DNA of 64,000 bases from Auanema rhodensis (taxonomy: Eukaryota > Animalia > Nematoda), in contig OZ059894.1 of assembly GCA_964057225.1 (NCBI GenBank), forward strand, positions 4,154,001-4,218,000. The letters run 5' to 3'. Of this stretch, positions 12,831 to 26,699 are shown piece by piece (position 1 is the stretch's first letter; every line of letters starts with the position of its first letter). A program made the translations under genes and the position numbers. A model generated the notes under the pieces. It did not search any database. It was not told where the DNA came from and saw nothing but the letters and a program-made list of their open reading frames with translations.

Positions 12831-15800
12831 TATCCTCGTTTTTCACCCTGAAGAATTAATTTTTTCGTTGAATAACATTGTCCATCGTCTTTGCCTTGAA
12901 AAAAGGAATCTAAAAACATCTACTTTTTGCTAAATTATTTTGAAATTTTTCGAAAAAATTTTTGTCAAAATGTTTTTGGAAGCAATGTTGAGTGTACATG
13001 GAAACTCAACATACACTAATGCATCATTTTTCAAACGATCATAACTAATTTTTGTATCAAGTGTTTCTCAATGTAGTATAGTGCATTCGATGCGGATTTT
13101 TAAGCTGCGTCGATCTGTGTTATCAGATTTGCGCTAGCTTAAAAATGCACCGAGATATCAACTGATATAAGTTCACACTTATATCCTCGATTTTCACCCT
13201 GAAGAATTAATTTTTTCGTTGAATAACATTGTCCATCGTCTTTGCCTTGAAAAATGGAATCTAAAAACATCTACTTTTTGCTGAATTATTTTGAAATTTT
13301 TCGAAAAAATTTTTGTCAAAATGTTTTTGGAAGCAATGTTGAGTGTACATGGAAACTCAACATACACTAATGCATCATTTTTCAAACGATCATAACTAAT
13401 TTTTGTATCAAATGTTTCTCAATGTAGTATAGTGCATTCGATGCGGATTTTTAAGCTGCGTCGATCTGTGTTATCAGATTTGCGCTAGCTTAAAAATGCA
13501 CCGAGATATCAACTGATATAAGTTCACACTTATATCCTCGATTTTCACCCTGAAGAATTAATTTTTTCGTTGAATAACATTGTCCATCGTCTTTGCCTTG
13601 AAAAATGGAATCTAAAAACATCTACTTTTTGCTGAATTATTTTGAAATTTTTCGAAAAAATTTTTGTCAAAATGTTTTTGGAAGCAATGTTGAGTGTACA
13701 TGGAAACTCAACATACACTAATGCATCATTTTTCAAACGATCATAACTAATTTTTGTATCAAGTGTTTCTCAATGTAGTATAGTGCATTCGATGCGGATT
13801 TTTAAGCTGCGTCGATCTGTGTTATTAGATTTGCGCTAGCTTAAAAATGCACCGAGATATCAACTGATATAAGTTCACACTTATATCCTCGTTTTTCACC
13901 CTGAAGAATTAATTTTTTCGTTGAATAACATTGTCCATCGTCTTTGCCTTGAAAAATGGAATCTAAAAACATCTACTTTTTGCTAAATTATTTTGAAATT
14001 TTTCGAAAAAATTTTTGTCAAAATGTTTTTGGAAGCAATGTTGAGTGTACATGGAAACTCAACATACACTAATGCATCATTTTACAAACGATCATAACTA
14101 ATTTTTGTATTAAGCGTTTCTCAATGTAGTATAGTGCATTCGATGCGGATTTTTAAGCTGCGTCGATCTGTGTTATCAGATTTGCGCTAGCTTAAAAATG
14201 CACCGAGATATCAACTGATATAAGTTCACACTTATATCCTCGTTTTTCACCCTGAAGAATTAATTTTTTCGTTGAATAACATTGTCCATCGTCTTTGCCT
14301 TGAAAAAAGGAATCTAAAAACATCTACTTTTTGCTAAATTATTTTGAAATTTTTCGAAAAAATTTTTGTCAAAATGTTTTTGGAAGCAATGTTGAGTGTA
14401 CATGGAAACTCAACATACACTAATGCATCATTTTTCAAACGATCATAACTAATTTTTGTATCAAGTGTTTCTCAATGTAGTATAGTGCATTCGATGCGGA
14501 TTTTTAAGCTGCGTCGATCTGTGTTATCAGATTTGCGCTAGCTTAAAAATGCACCGAGATATCAACTGATATAAGTTCACACTTATATCCTCGATTTTCA
14601 CCCTGAAGAATTAATTTTTTCGTTGAATAACATTGTCCATCGTCTTTGCCTTGAAAAATGGAATCTAAAAACATCTACTTTTTGCTGAATTATTTTGAAA
14701 TTTTTCGAAAAAATTTTTGTCAAAATGTTTTTGGAAGCAATGTTGAGTGTACATGGAAACTCAACATACACTAATGCATCATTTTTCAAACGATCATAAC
14801 TAATTTTTGTATCAAATGTTTCTCAATGTAGTATAGTGCATTCGATGCGGATTTTTAAGCTGCGTCGATCTGTGTTATCAGATTTGCGCTAGCTTAAAAA
14901 TGCACCGAGATATCAACTGATATAAGTTCACACTTATATCCTCGTTTTTCAACCTGAAGAATTAATTTTTTCGTTGAATAACATTGTCCATCATCTTTGC
15001 CTTGAAAAAAGGAATCTAAAAACATCTACTTTTTGCTAAATTATTTTGAAATTTTTCGAAAAAATTTTTGTCAAAATGTTTTTGGAAGCAATGTTGAGTG
15101 TACATGGAAACTCAACATACACTAATGCATCATTTTTCAAACGATCATAACTAATTTTTGTATCAAGTGTTTCTCAATGTAGTATAGTGCATTCGATGCG
15201 GATTTTTAAGCTGCGTCGATCTGTGTTATCAGATTTGCGCTAGCTTAAAAATGCACCGAGATATCAACTGATATAAGTTCACACTTATATCCTCGATTTT
15301 CACCCTGAAGAATTAATTTTTTCGTTGAATAACATTGTCCATCGTCTTTGCCTTGAAAAATGGAATCTAAAAACATCTACTTTTTGCTGAACTATTTTGA
15401 AATTTTTCGAAAAAATTTTTGTCAAAATGTTTTTGGAAGCAATGTTGAGTGTACATGGAAACTCAACATACACTAATGCATCATTTTTCAAACGATCATA
15501 ACTAATTTTTGTATCAAATGTTTCTCAATGTAGTATAGTGCATTCGATGCGGATTTTTAAGCTGCGTCGATCTGTGTTATCAGATTTGCGCTAGCTTAAA
15601 AATGCACCGAGATATCAACTGATATAAGTTCACACTTATATCCTCGATTTTCACCCTGAAGAATTAATTTTTTCGTTGAATAACATTGTCCATCGTCTTT
15701 GCCTTGAAAAATGGAATCTAAAAACATCTACTTTTTGCTGAATTATTTTGAAATTTTTCGAAAAAATTTTTGTCAAAATGTTTTTGGAAGCAATGTTGAG

Positions 15801-18800
15801 TGTACATGGAAACTCAACATACACTAATGCATCATTTTTCAAACGATCATAACTAATTTTTGTATCAAGTGTTTCTCAATGTAGTATAGTGCATTCGATG
15901 CGGATTTTTAAGCTGCGTCGATCTGTGTTATCAGATTTGCGCTAGCTTAAAAATGCACCGAGATATCAACTGATATAAGTTCACACTTATATCCTCGTTT
16001 TTCACCCTGAAGAATTAATTTTTTCGTTGAATAACATTGTCCATCGTCTTTGCCTTGAAAAATGGAATCTAAAAACATCTACTTTTTGCTAAATTATTTT
16101 GAAATTTTTCGAAAAAATTTTTGTCAAAATGTTTTTGGAAGCAATGTTGAGTGTACATGGAAACTCAACATACACTAATGCATCATTTTACAAACGATCA
16201 TAACTAATTTTTGTATTAAGCGTTTCTCAATGTAGTATAGTGCATTCGATGCGGATTTTTAAGCTGCGTCGATCTGTGTTATCAGATTTGCGCTAGCTTA
16301 AAAATGCACCGAGATATCAACTGATATAAGTTCACACTTATATCCTCGTTTTTCACCCTGAAGAATTAATTTTTTCGTTGAATAACATTGTCCATCGTCT
16401 TTGCCTTGAAAAAAGGAATCTAAAAACATCTACTTTTTGCTAAATTATTTTGAAATTTTTCGAAAAAATTTTTGTCAAAATGTTTTTGGAAGCAATGTTG
16501 AGTGTACATGGAAACTCAACATACACTAATGCATCATTTTTCAAACGATCATAACTAATTTTTGTATCAAGTGTTTCTCAATGTAATATAGTGCATTCGA
16601 TGCGGATTTTTAAGCTGCGTCGATCTGTGTTATCAGATTTGCGCTAGCTTAAAAATGCACCGAGATATCAACTGATATAAGTTCACACTTATATCCTCGT
16701 TTTTCACCCTGAAGAATTAATTTTTTCGTTGAATAACATTGTCCATCGTCTTTGCCTTGAAAAATGGAATCTAAAAACATCTACTTTTTGCTGAATTATT
16801 TTGAAATTTTTCGAAAAAATTTTTGTCAAAATGTTTTTGGAAGCAATGTTGAGTGTACATGGAAACTCAACATACACTAATGCATCATTTTTCAAACGAT
16901 CATAACTAATTTTTGTATCAAATGTTTCTCAATGTAGTATAGTGCATTCGATGCGGATTTTTAAGCTGCGTCGATCTTTGTTATCAGATTTGCGCTAGCT
17001 TAAAAATGCACCGAGATATCAACTGATATAAGTTCACACTTATATCCTCGATTTTCACCCTGAAGAATTAATTTTTTCGTTGAATAACATTGTCCATCGT
17101 CTTTGCCTTGAAAAATGGAATCTAAAAACATCTACTTTTTGCTGAATTATTTTGAAATTTTTCGAAAAAATTTTTGTCAAAATGTTTTTGGAAGCAATGT
17201 TGAGTGTACATGGAAACTCAACATACACTAATGCATCATTTTTCAAACGATCATAACTAATTTTTGTATCAAGTGTTTCTCAATGTAGTATAGTGCATTC
17301 GATGCGGATTTTTAAGCTGCGTCGATCTGTGTTATCAGATTTGCGCTAGCTTAAAAATGCACCGAGATATCAACTGATATAAGTTCACACTTATATCCTC
17401 GTTTTTCACCCTGAAGAATTAATTTTTTCGTTGAATAACATTGTCCATCGTCTTTGCCTTGAAAAATGGAATCTAAAAACATCTACTTTTTGCTAAATTA
17501 TTTTGAAATTTTTCGAAAAAATTTTTGTCAAAATGTTTTTGGAAGCAATGTTGAGTGTACATGGAAACTCAACATACACTAATGCATCATTTTACAAACG
17601 ATCATAACTAATTTTTGTATTAAGCGTTTCTCAATGTAGTATAGTGCATTCGATGCGGATTTTTAAGCTGCGTCGATCTGTGTTATCAGATTTGCGCTAG
17701 CTTAAAAATGCACCGAGATATCAACTGATATAAGTTCACACTTATATCCTCGTTTTTCACCCTGAAGAATTAATTTTTTCGTTGAATAACATTGTCCATC
17801 GTCTTTGCCTTGAAAAATGGAATCTAAAAACATCTAATTTCTGCTGAATTATTTTGAAATTTTTCGAAAAAATTTTTGTCAAAATGTTTTTGGAAGCAAT
17901 GTTCAGTGTACATGGAAACTCAACATACACTAATGCATCATTTTTCAAACGATCATAACTAATTTTTGTATCAAATGTTTCTCAATGTAGTATAGTGCAT
18001 TCGATGCGGATTTTTAAGCTGCGTCGATCTGTGTTATCAGATTTGCGCTAGCTTAAAAATGCACCGAGATATCAACTGATATAAGTTCACACTTATATCC
18101 TCGATTTTCACCCTGAAGAATTAATTTTTTCGTTGAATAACATTGTCCATCGTCTTTGCCTTGAAAAATGGAATCTAAAAACATCTACTTTTTGCTGAAT
18201 TATTTTGAAATTTTTCGAAAAAATTTTTGTCAAAATGTTTTTGGAAGCAATGTTGAGTGTACATGGAAACTCAACATACACTAATGCATCATTTTTCAAA
18301 CGATCATAACTAATTTTTGTATCAAGTGTTTCTCAATGTAGTATAGTGCATTCGATGCGGATTTTTAAGCTGCGTCGATCTGTGTTATCAGATTTGCGCT
18401 AGCTTAAAAATGCACCGAGATATCAACTGATATAAGTTCACACTTATATCCTCGTTTTTCACCCTGAAGAATTAATTTTTTCGTTGAATAACATTGTCCA
18501 TCGTCTTTGCCTTGAAAAATGGAATCTAAAAACATCTACTTTTTGCTAAATTATTTTGAAATTTTTCGAAAAAATTTTTGTCAAAATGTTTTTGGAAGCA
18601 ATGTTGAGTGTACATGGAAACTCAACATACACTAATGCATCATTTTACAAACGATCATAACTAATTTTTGTATTAAGCGTTTCTCAATGTAGTATAGTGC
18701 ATTCGATGCGGATTTTTAAGCTGCGTCGATCTGTGTTATCAGATTTGCGCTAGCTTAAAAATGCACCGAGATATCAACTGATATAAGTTCACACTTATAT

Positions 18801-21800
18801 CCTCGTTTTTCACCCTGAAGAATTAATTTTTTCGTTGAATAACATTGTCCATCGTCTTTGCCTTGAAAAAAGGAATCTAAAAACATCTACTTTTTGCTAA
18901 ATTATTTTGAAATTTTTCGAAAAAATTTTTGTCAAAATGTTTTTGGAAGCAATGTTGAGTGTACATGGAAACTCAACATACACTAATGCATCATTTTTCA
19001 AACGATCATAACTGATTTTTGTATCAAGTGTTCCTCAATGTAATATAGTGCATTCGATGCGGATTTTTAAGCTGCGTCGATCTGTGTTATCAGATTTGCG
19101 CTAGCTTAAAAATGCACCGAGATATCAACTGATATAAGTTCACACTTATATCCTCGATTTTCACCCTGAAAAATTAATTTTTTCGTTGAATAACGTTGTC
19201 CATCGTCTTTGCCTTGAAAAATGGAATCTAAAAACATCTACTTTTTGCTAAATTATTTTGAAATTTTTCGAAAAAATTTTTGTCAAAATGTTTTTGGAAG
19301 CAATGTTGAGTGTACATGGAAACTCAACATACACTAATGCATCATTTTTCAAACGATCATAACTAATTTTTGTATCAAGCGTTTTTCAATGTAGTATAGT
19401 GCATTCGATGCGGATTTTTAAGCTGCGTCGAGCTGTGTTATCAGATTTGCGCTAGCTTAAAAATGCACCGAGATATCAACTGATATAAGTTCACACTTAT
19501 ATCCTCGATTTTCACCCTGAAGAAATAATTTTTTTGTTGAATAACATTGTCCATCGTCTTTGCCTTGAAAAATGGAATCTAAAAACATCTACTTTTTGCT
19601 AAATTATTTTGAAATTTTTCGAAAAAATTTTTGTCAAAATGTTTTTGGAAGCAATGTTGAGTGTACATGGAAACTCAACATACACTAATGCATCATTTTT
19701 CAAACGATCATAACTAATTTTTGTATCAAGCGTTTCTTAATGTAGTAAAGTGCATTCGATCCGGATTTTTAAGATGCGTCGATCTGTGTTATCAGATTTG
19801 CGCTAGCTTAAAAATGCACCGAGATATCAACTGATATAAGTTCACACTTATATCCTCGATTTTCACCCTGAAGAAATAATTTCTTCGTTGAATAACATTG
19901 TCCATCGTCTTTGCCTTGAAAAAAGGAATCTAAAAACATCTACTTTTTGCTAAATTATTTTGAAATTTTTCAAAAAAATTTTTGTCAAAATGTTTTTGGA
20001 AGCAATGTTGAGTGTACATGGAAACTCAACATACACTAATGCATCATTTTTCAAACGATCATAACTAATTTTTGTATTAAGCGTTTCTCAATGTAGTATA
20101 GTGCATTCGATGCGGATTTTTAAGCTGCGTCGATCTGTGTTATCAGATTTGCGCTAGCTTAAAAATGCACCGAGATATCAACTGATATAAGTTCACACTT
20201 ATATCCTCGATTTTCACCCTGAAGAATTAATTTTTTCGTTGAATAACATTGTCCATCGTCTTTGCCTTGAAAAAAGGAATCTGAAAACATCTACTTTTTG
20301 CTAAATTATTTTGAAATTTTTCGAAAAAATTTTTGTCAAAATGTTTTTGGAAGCAATGTTGAGTGTACATGGAAACTCAACATACACTAATGCATCATTT
20401 TTCAAACGATCATAACTAATTTTTGTATCAAGTGTTTCTCAATGTAGTATAGTGCATTCGATGCGGATTTTTAAGCTGCGTCGATCTGTGTTATCAGATT
20501 TGCGCTAGCTTAAAAATGCACCGAGATATCAACTGATATAAGTTCACACTTATATCCTCGATTTTCACCCTGAAGAATTAATTTTTTCGTTGAATAACAT
20601 TGTCCATCGTCTTTGCCTTGAAAAATGGAATCTAAAAACATCTACTTTTTGCTGAATTATTTTGAAATTTTTCGAAAAAATTTTTGTCAAAATGTTTTTG
20701 GAAGCAATGTTGAGTGTACATGGAAACTCAACATACACTAATGCATCATTTTTCAAACGATCATAACTAATTTTTGTATCAAATGTTTCTCAATGTAGTA
20801 TAGTGCATTCGATGCGGATTTTTAAGCTGCGTCGATCTGTGTTATCAGATTTGCGCTAGCTTAAAAATGCACCGAGATATCAACTGATATAAGTTCACAC
20901 TTATATCCTCGATTTTCACCCTGAAGAATTAATTTTTTCGTTGAATAACATTGTCCATCGTCTTTGCCTTGAAAAATGGAATCTAAAAACATCTACTTTT
21001 TGCTGAATTATTTTGAAATTTTTCGAAAAAAGTTTTGTCAAAATGTTTTTGGAAGCAATGTTGAGTGTACATGGAAACTCAACATACACTAATGCATCAT
21101 TTTTCAAACGATCATAACTAATTTTTGTATCAAGTGTTTCTCAATGTAGTATAGTGCATTCGATGCGGATTTTTAAGCTGCGTCGATCTGTGTTATCAGA
21201 TTTGCGCTAGCTTAAAAATGCACCGAGATATCAACTGATATAAGTTCACACTTATATCCTCGTTTTTCACCCTGAAGAATTAATTTTTTCGTTGAATAAC
21301 ATTGTCCATCGTCTTTGCCTTGAAAAATGGAATCTAAAAACATCTACTTTTTGCTAAATTATTTTGAAATTTTTCGAAAAAATTTTTGTCAAAATGTTTT
21401 TGGAAGCAATGTTGAGTGTACATGGAAACTCAACATACACTAATGCATCATTTTTCAAACGATCATAACTAATTTTTGTATTAAGCGTTTCTCAATGTAG
21501 TATAGTGCATTCGATGCGGATTTTCAAGCTGCGTCGATCTGTGTTATCAGATTTGCGCTAGCTTAAAAATGCACCGAGATATCAACTGATATAAGTTCAC
21601 ACATATATACCCGATTTTCACCCTGAAGAATTAATTTTTTCGTTGAATAACATTGTCCATCGTCTTTGCCTTGAAAAAAGGAATCTAAAAACATCTACTT
21701 TTCGCTAAATTATTTTGAAATTTTTCGAAAAAATTTTTGTCAAAATGTTTTTGGAAGCAATGTTGAGTGTACATGGAAACTCAACATACACTAATGCATC

Positions 21801-24800
21801 ATTTTTCAAACGATCATAACTAATTTTTGTATCAAATGTTTCTCAATGTACTATAGTGCATTCGATGCGGATTTTTAAGCTGCGTCGATCTGTGTTATCA
21901 GATTTGCGCTAGCTTAAAAATGCACCGAGATATCAACTGATATAAGTTCACACTTATATCCTCGATTTTCACCCTGAAGAATTAATTTTTTCGTTGAATA
22001 ACATTGTCCATCGTCTTTGCCTTGAAAAATGGAATCTAAAAACATCTACTTTTTGCTGAATTATTTTGAAATTTTTCGAAAAAATTTTTGTCAAAATGTT
22101 TTTGGAAGCAATGTTGAGTGTACATGGAAACTCAACATACACTAATGCATCATTTTTCAAACGATCATAACTAATTTTTGTATCAAGTGTTTCTCAATGT
22201 AGTATAGTGCATTCGATGCGGATTTTTAAGCTGCGTCGATCTGTGTTATCAGATTTGCGCTAGCTTAAAAATGCACCGAGATATCAACTGATATAAGTTC
22301 ACACTTATATCCTCGTTTTTCACCCTGAAGAATTAATTTTTTCGTTGAATAACATTGTCCATCGTCTTTGCCTTGAAAAATGGAATCTAAAAACATCTAC
22401 TTTTTGCTAAATTATTTTGAAATTTTTCGAAAAAATTTTTGTCAAAATGTTTTTGGAAGCAATGTTGAGTGTACATGGAAACTCAACATACACTAATGCA
22501 TCATTTTTCAAACGATTATAACTAATTTTTGTATTAAGCGTTTCTCAATGTAGTATAGTGCATTCGATGCGGATTTTTAAGCTGCGTCGATCTGTGTTAT
22601 CAGATTTGCGCTAACTTAAAAATGCACCGAGATATCAACTGATATAAGTTCACACTTATATCCTCGATTTTCACCCTGAAGAAATAATTTTTTCGTTGAA
22701 TAACATTGTCCATCGTCTTTGCCTTGAAAAAAGGAATCTAAAAACATCTACTTTTTGCTAAATTATTTTGAAATTTTTCGAAAAAATTTTTGTCAAAATG
22801 TTTTTGGAAGCAATGTTGAGTGTACATGGAAACTCAACATACACTAATGCATCATTTTTCAAACGATTATAACTAATTTTTGTATCAAGCGTTTCTCAAT
22901 GTAGTATAGTGCATTCGATGCGGATTTTTAAGCTGCGTCGATCTGTGTTATCAGATTTGCGCTAGCTTAAAAATGCACCGAGATATCAACTTTTATAAGT
23001 TCACACTTATATCCTCGATTTTCACCCTGAAGAATTAATTTTTTCGTTGAATAACATTGCCCATCGTCTTTGCCTTGAAAAATGGAATCTAAAAACATCT
23101 ACCTTTTGCTGAATTATTTTGAAATTTTTCGAAAAAATTTTTGTCAAAATGTTTTTGGAAGCAATGTTGAGTGTACATGGAAACTCAACATACACTAATG
23201 CATCATTTTTCAAACGATCATAACTAATTTTTGTATCAAGTGTTTCTCAATGTAGTATAGTGCATTCGATGCGGATTTTTAAGCTGCGTCGATCTGTGTT
23301 ATCAGATTTGCGCTAGCTTAAAAATGCACCGAGATATCAACTGATATAAGTTCACACTTAGATCCTCGATTTTCACCCTGAAGAATTAATTTTTTCGTTG
23401 AATAACATTGTCCATCGTTTTTGCCTTGAAAAATGGAATCTAAAAACATCTACTTTTTGCTAAATTATTTTGAAATTTTTCGAAAAAATTTTTGTCAAAA
23501 TGTTTTTGGAAGCAATGTTGAGTGTACATGGAAACTCAACATACACTAATGCATCATTTTTCAAACGATCATAACTAATTTTTGTATCAAGTGTTTCTCA
23601 ATGTAATATAGTGCATTCGATGCGGATTTTTAAGCTGCGTCGATCTGTGTTATCAGATTTGCGCTAGCTTAAAAATGCACCGAGATATCAACTGATATAA
23701 GTTCACACTTATATCCTCGATTTTCACCCTGAAAAATTAATTTTTTCGTTGAATAACATTGTCCATCGTCTTTGCGTTGAAAAATGGAATCTAAAAACAT
23801 CTACTTTTTGCTAAATTATTTTGAAATTTTTCGAAAAAATTTTTGTCAAAATGTTTTTGGAAGCAATGTTGAGTGTACATGGAAACTCAACATACACTAA
23901 TGCATCATTTTTCAAACGATCATAACTAATTTTTGTATCAAGCGTTTCTCAATGTAGTATAGTGCATTCGATGCGGATTTTTAAGCTGCGTCGATCTGTG
24001 TTATCAGATTTGCGCTAGCTTAAAAATGCACCGAGATATCAACTGATATAAGTTCACACTTATATCCTCGATTTTCACCCTGAAGAATTAATTTTTTCGT
24101 TGAATAACATTGTCTATCGTCTTTGCCTTGAGAAATGGAATCTAAAAACATCTACTTTTTGCTAAATTATTTTGAAATTTTTCGAAAAAATTTTTGTCAA
24201 AATGTTTTTGGAAGCAATGTTGAGTGTACATGGAAACTCAACATACACTAATGCATCATTTTTCAAACGATCATAACTAATTTTTGTATCAAGCGTTTTT
24301 CAATGTAGTATAGTGCATTCGATGCGGATTTTTAAGCTGCGTCGATCTGTGTTATCAGATTTGCGCTAGCTTAAAAATGCACCGAGATATCAACTGATAT
24401 AAGTTCACACTTATATCCTCGATTTTCACCCTGAAGAAATAATTTTTTCCTTGAATAACATTGTCCATCGTCTTTGCCTTGAAAAAAGGAATCTAAAAAC
24501 ATCTACTTTTTGCTAAATTATTTTGAAATTTTTCGAAAAAATTTTTGTCAAAATGTTTTTGGAAGCAATGTTGAGTGTACATGGAAACTCAACATACACT
24601 AATGCATCATTTTTCAAACGTTCATAACTAGTTTTTGTATTAAGCGTTTCTCAATGTAGTATAGTGCATTCGATGCGGATTTTTAAGCTGCGTCGATCTC
24701 TGTTATCAGATTTGCGCTAGCTTAAAAATGCACCGAGATATCAACTGATATAAGTTCACACTTATATCCTCGATTTTCACCCTGAAGAATTAATTTTTTC

Positions 24801-26511
24801 GTTGAATAACATTGTCTATCGTCTTTGCCTTGAAAAATGAAATCTAAAAACATCTACTTTTTGCTAAATTATTTTGAAATTTTTCGAAAAAATTTTTGTC
24901 AAAATGTTTTTGGAAGCAATGTTGAGTGTACATGGAAACTCAACATACACTAATGCATCATTTTTCAAACGATCATAACTAATTTTTGTATCAAGCGTTT
25001 CTTAATGTAGTATAGTGCATTCGATGCGGATTTTTAAGCTGCGTCGATCTGTGTTATCAGATTTGCGCTAGCTTAAAAATGCACCGAGATATCAACTGAT
25101 ATAAGTTCACACTTATATCCTCGATTTTCACCCTGAAGAAATAATTTTTTCGTTGAATAACATTGTCCATCGTCTTTGCCTTGAAAAAAGGAATCTAAAA
25201 ACATCTACTTTTTGCTAAATTATTTTGAAATTTTTCGAAAAAATTTTCGTCAAAATGTTTTTGGAAGCAATGTTGAGTGTACATGGAAACTCAACATACA
25301 CTAATGCATCATTTTTCTAACGATCATAACTAATTTTTGTATCAAGTGTTTCTCAATGTAATATAGTGCATTCGATGCGGATTTTTAAGCTGCGTCGATC
25401 TGTGTTATCAGATTTGCGCTAGCTTAAAAATGCACCGAGATATCAACTGATATAAGTTCACACTTATATCCTCGATTTTCACCCTGAAGAATTAATTTTT
25501 TCGTTGAATAACATTGTCCAACGTCTTTGCCTTGAAAAATGGAATCTTAAAACATCTACTTTTTGCTAAATTATTTTGAAATTTTTCGAAAAAATTTTTG
25601 TCAAAATGTTTTTGGAAGCAATGTTGAGTGTACATGGAAACTCAACATACACTAATGCATCATTTTTCAAACGATCATAACTAATTTTTGTATCAAGTTT
25701 TTCTCAATGTAATATAGTGCATTCGATGCGGATTTTTAAGCTGCGTCGATCTGTGTTATCAGATTTGCGCTAGCTTAAAAATGCACCGAGATATCAACTG
25801 ATATAAGTTCACACTTATATCCTCGATTTTCACCCTGAAGAATTAATTTTTTCGTTGAATAACATTGTCCATCGTCTTTGCTTTGAAAAATGGAATCTAA
25901 AAACATCTACTTTTTGCTAAATTATTTTGAAATTTTTCGAAACAATTTTTGTCAAAATGTTTTTGGAAGCAATGTTGAGTGTACATGGAAACTCAACATA
26001 CACTAATGCATCATTTTTCAAACGATCATAACTAATTTTTGTATCAAGCTTTTCTCAATGTAGTATAGTGCATTCGATGCGGATTTTTAAGCTGCGTCGA
26101 TCTGTGTTATCAGATTTGCGCTAGCTTAAAAATGCACCGAGATATCAACTGATATAAGTTCACACTTATATCCTCGATTTTCACCCTGAAGAAATAATTT
26201 TTTCGTTGAATAACATTGTCCATCGTCTTTGCCTTGAAAAAAGGAATCTAAAAACATCTACTTTTTGCTAAATTATTTTGAAATTTTTCGAAAAAATTTT
26301 CGTCAAAATGTTTTTGGAAGCAATGTTGAGTGTACATGGAAACTCAACATACACTAATGCATCATTTTTCAAACGATCATAACTAATTTTTGTATCAAGT
26401 TTTTCTCAATGTAATATAGTGCATTCGATGCGGATTTTTAAGCTGCGTCGATCTGTGTTATCAGATTTGCGCTAGCTTAAAAATGCACCGAGATATCAAC
26501 TGATATAAGTT

Positions 26512-26644
26512 AAAAATTAGTTATGATCGTTTGAAAAATGATGCATTAGTGTATGTTGAGTTTCCATGTACACTCAACATTGCTTCCAAAAACATTTTGA
26601 CAAAAATTTTTTCGAAAAATTTCAAAATAATTTAGCAAAAAGTA
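26512..26644 (-). other. 133-bp in-place inversion of a monomer segment with adjacent 98-bp deletion
   Basis: AAAAATTAGTTATGATCGTTTG...TTTAGCAAAAAGTA is the reverse complement of the segment equivalent to window positions 285-417. The segment equivalent to 187-284 is missing. Forward sequence resumes at 26645 (GTATCAAG). The register shift of 207-109 = 98 matches the deletion. Confidence 0.97.
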
Positions 26645-26699
26645 GTATCAAGTGTTTCTTAATGTAATATAGTGCATTCGATGCGGATTTTTAAGTTGC

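Noticed and set aside
26512-26644. Transposon insertion or recombinase-driven invertible switch
   Set aside because: The segment is pure satellite sequence, has no target-site duplication or inverted recombination sites at its ends, and is accompanied by an irreversible deletion.
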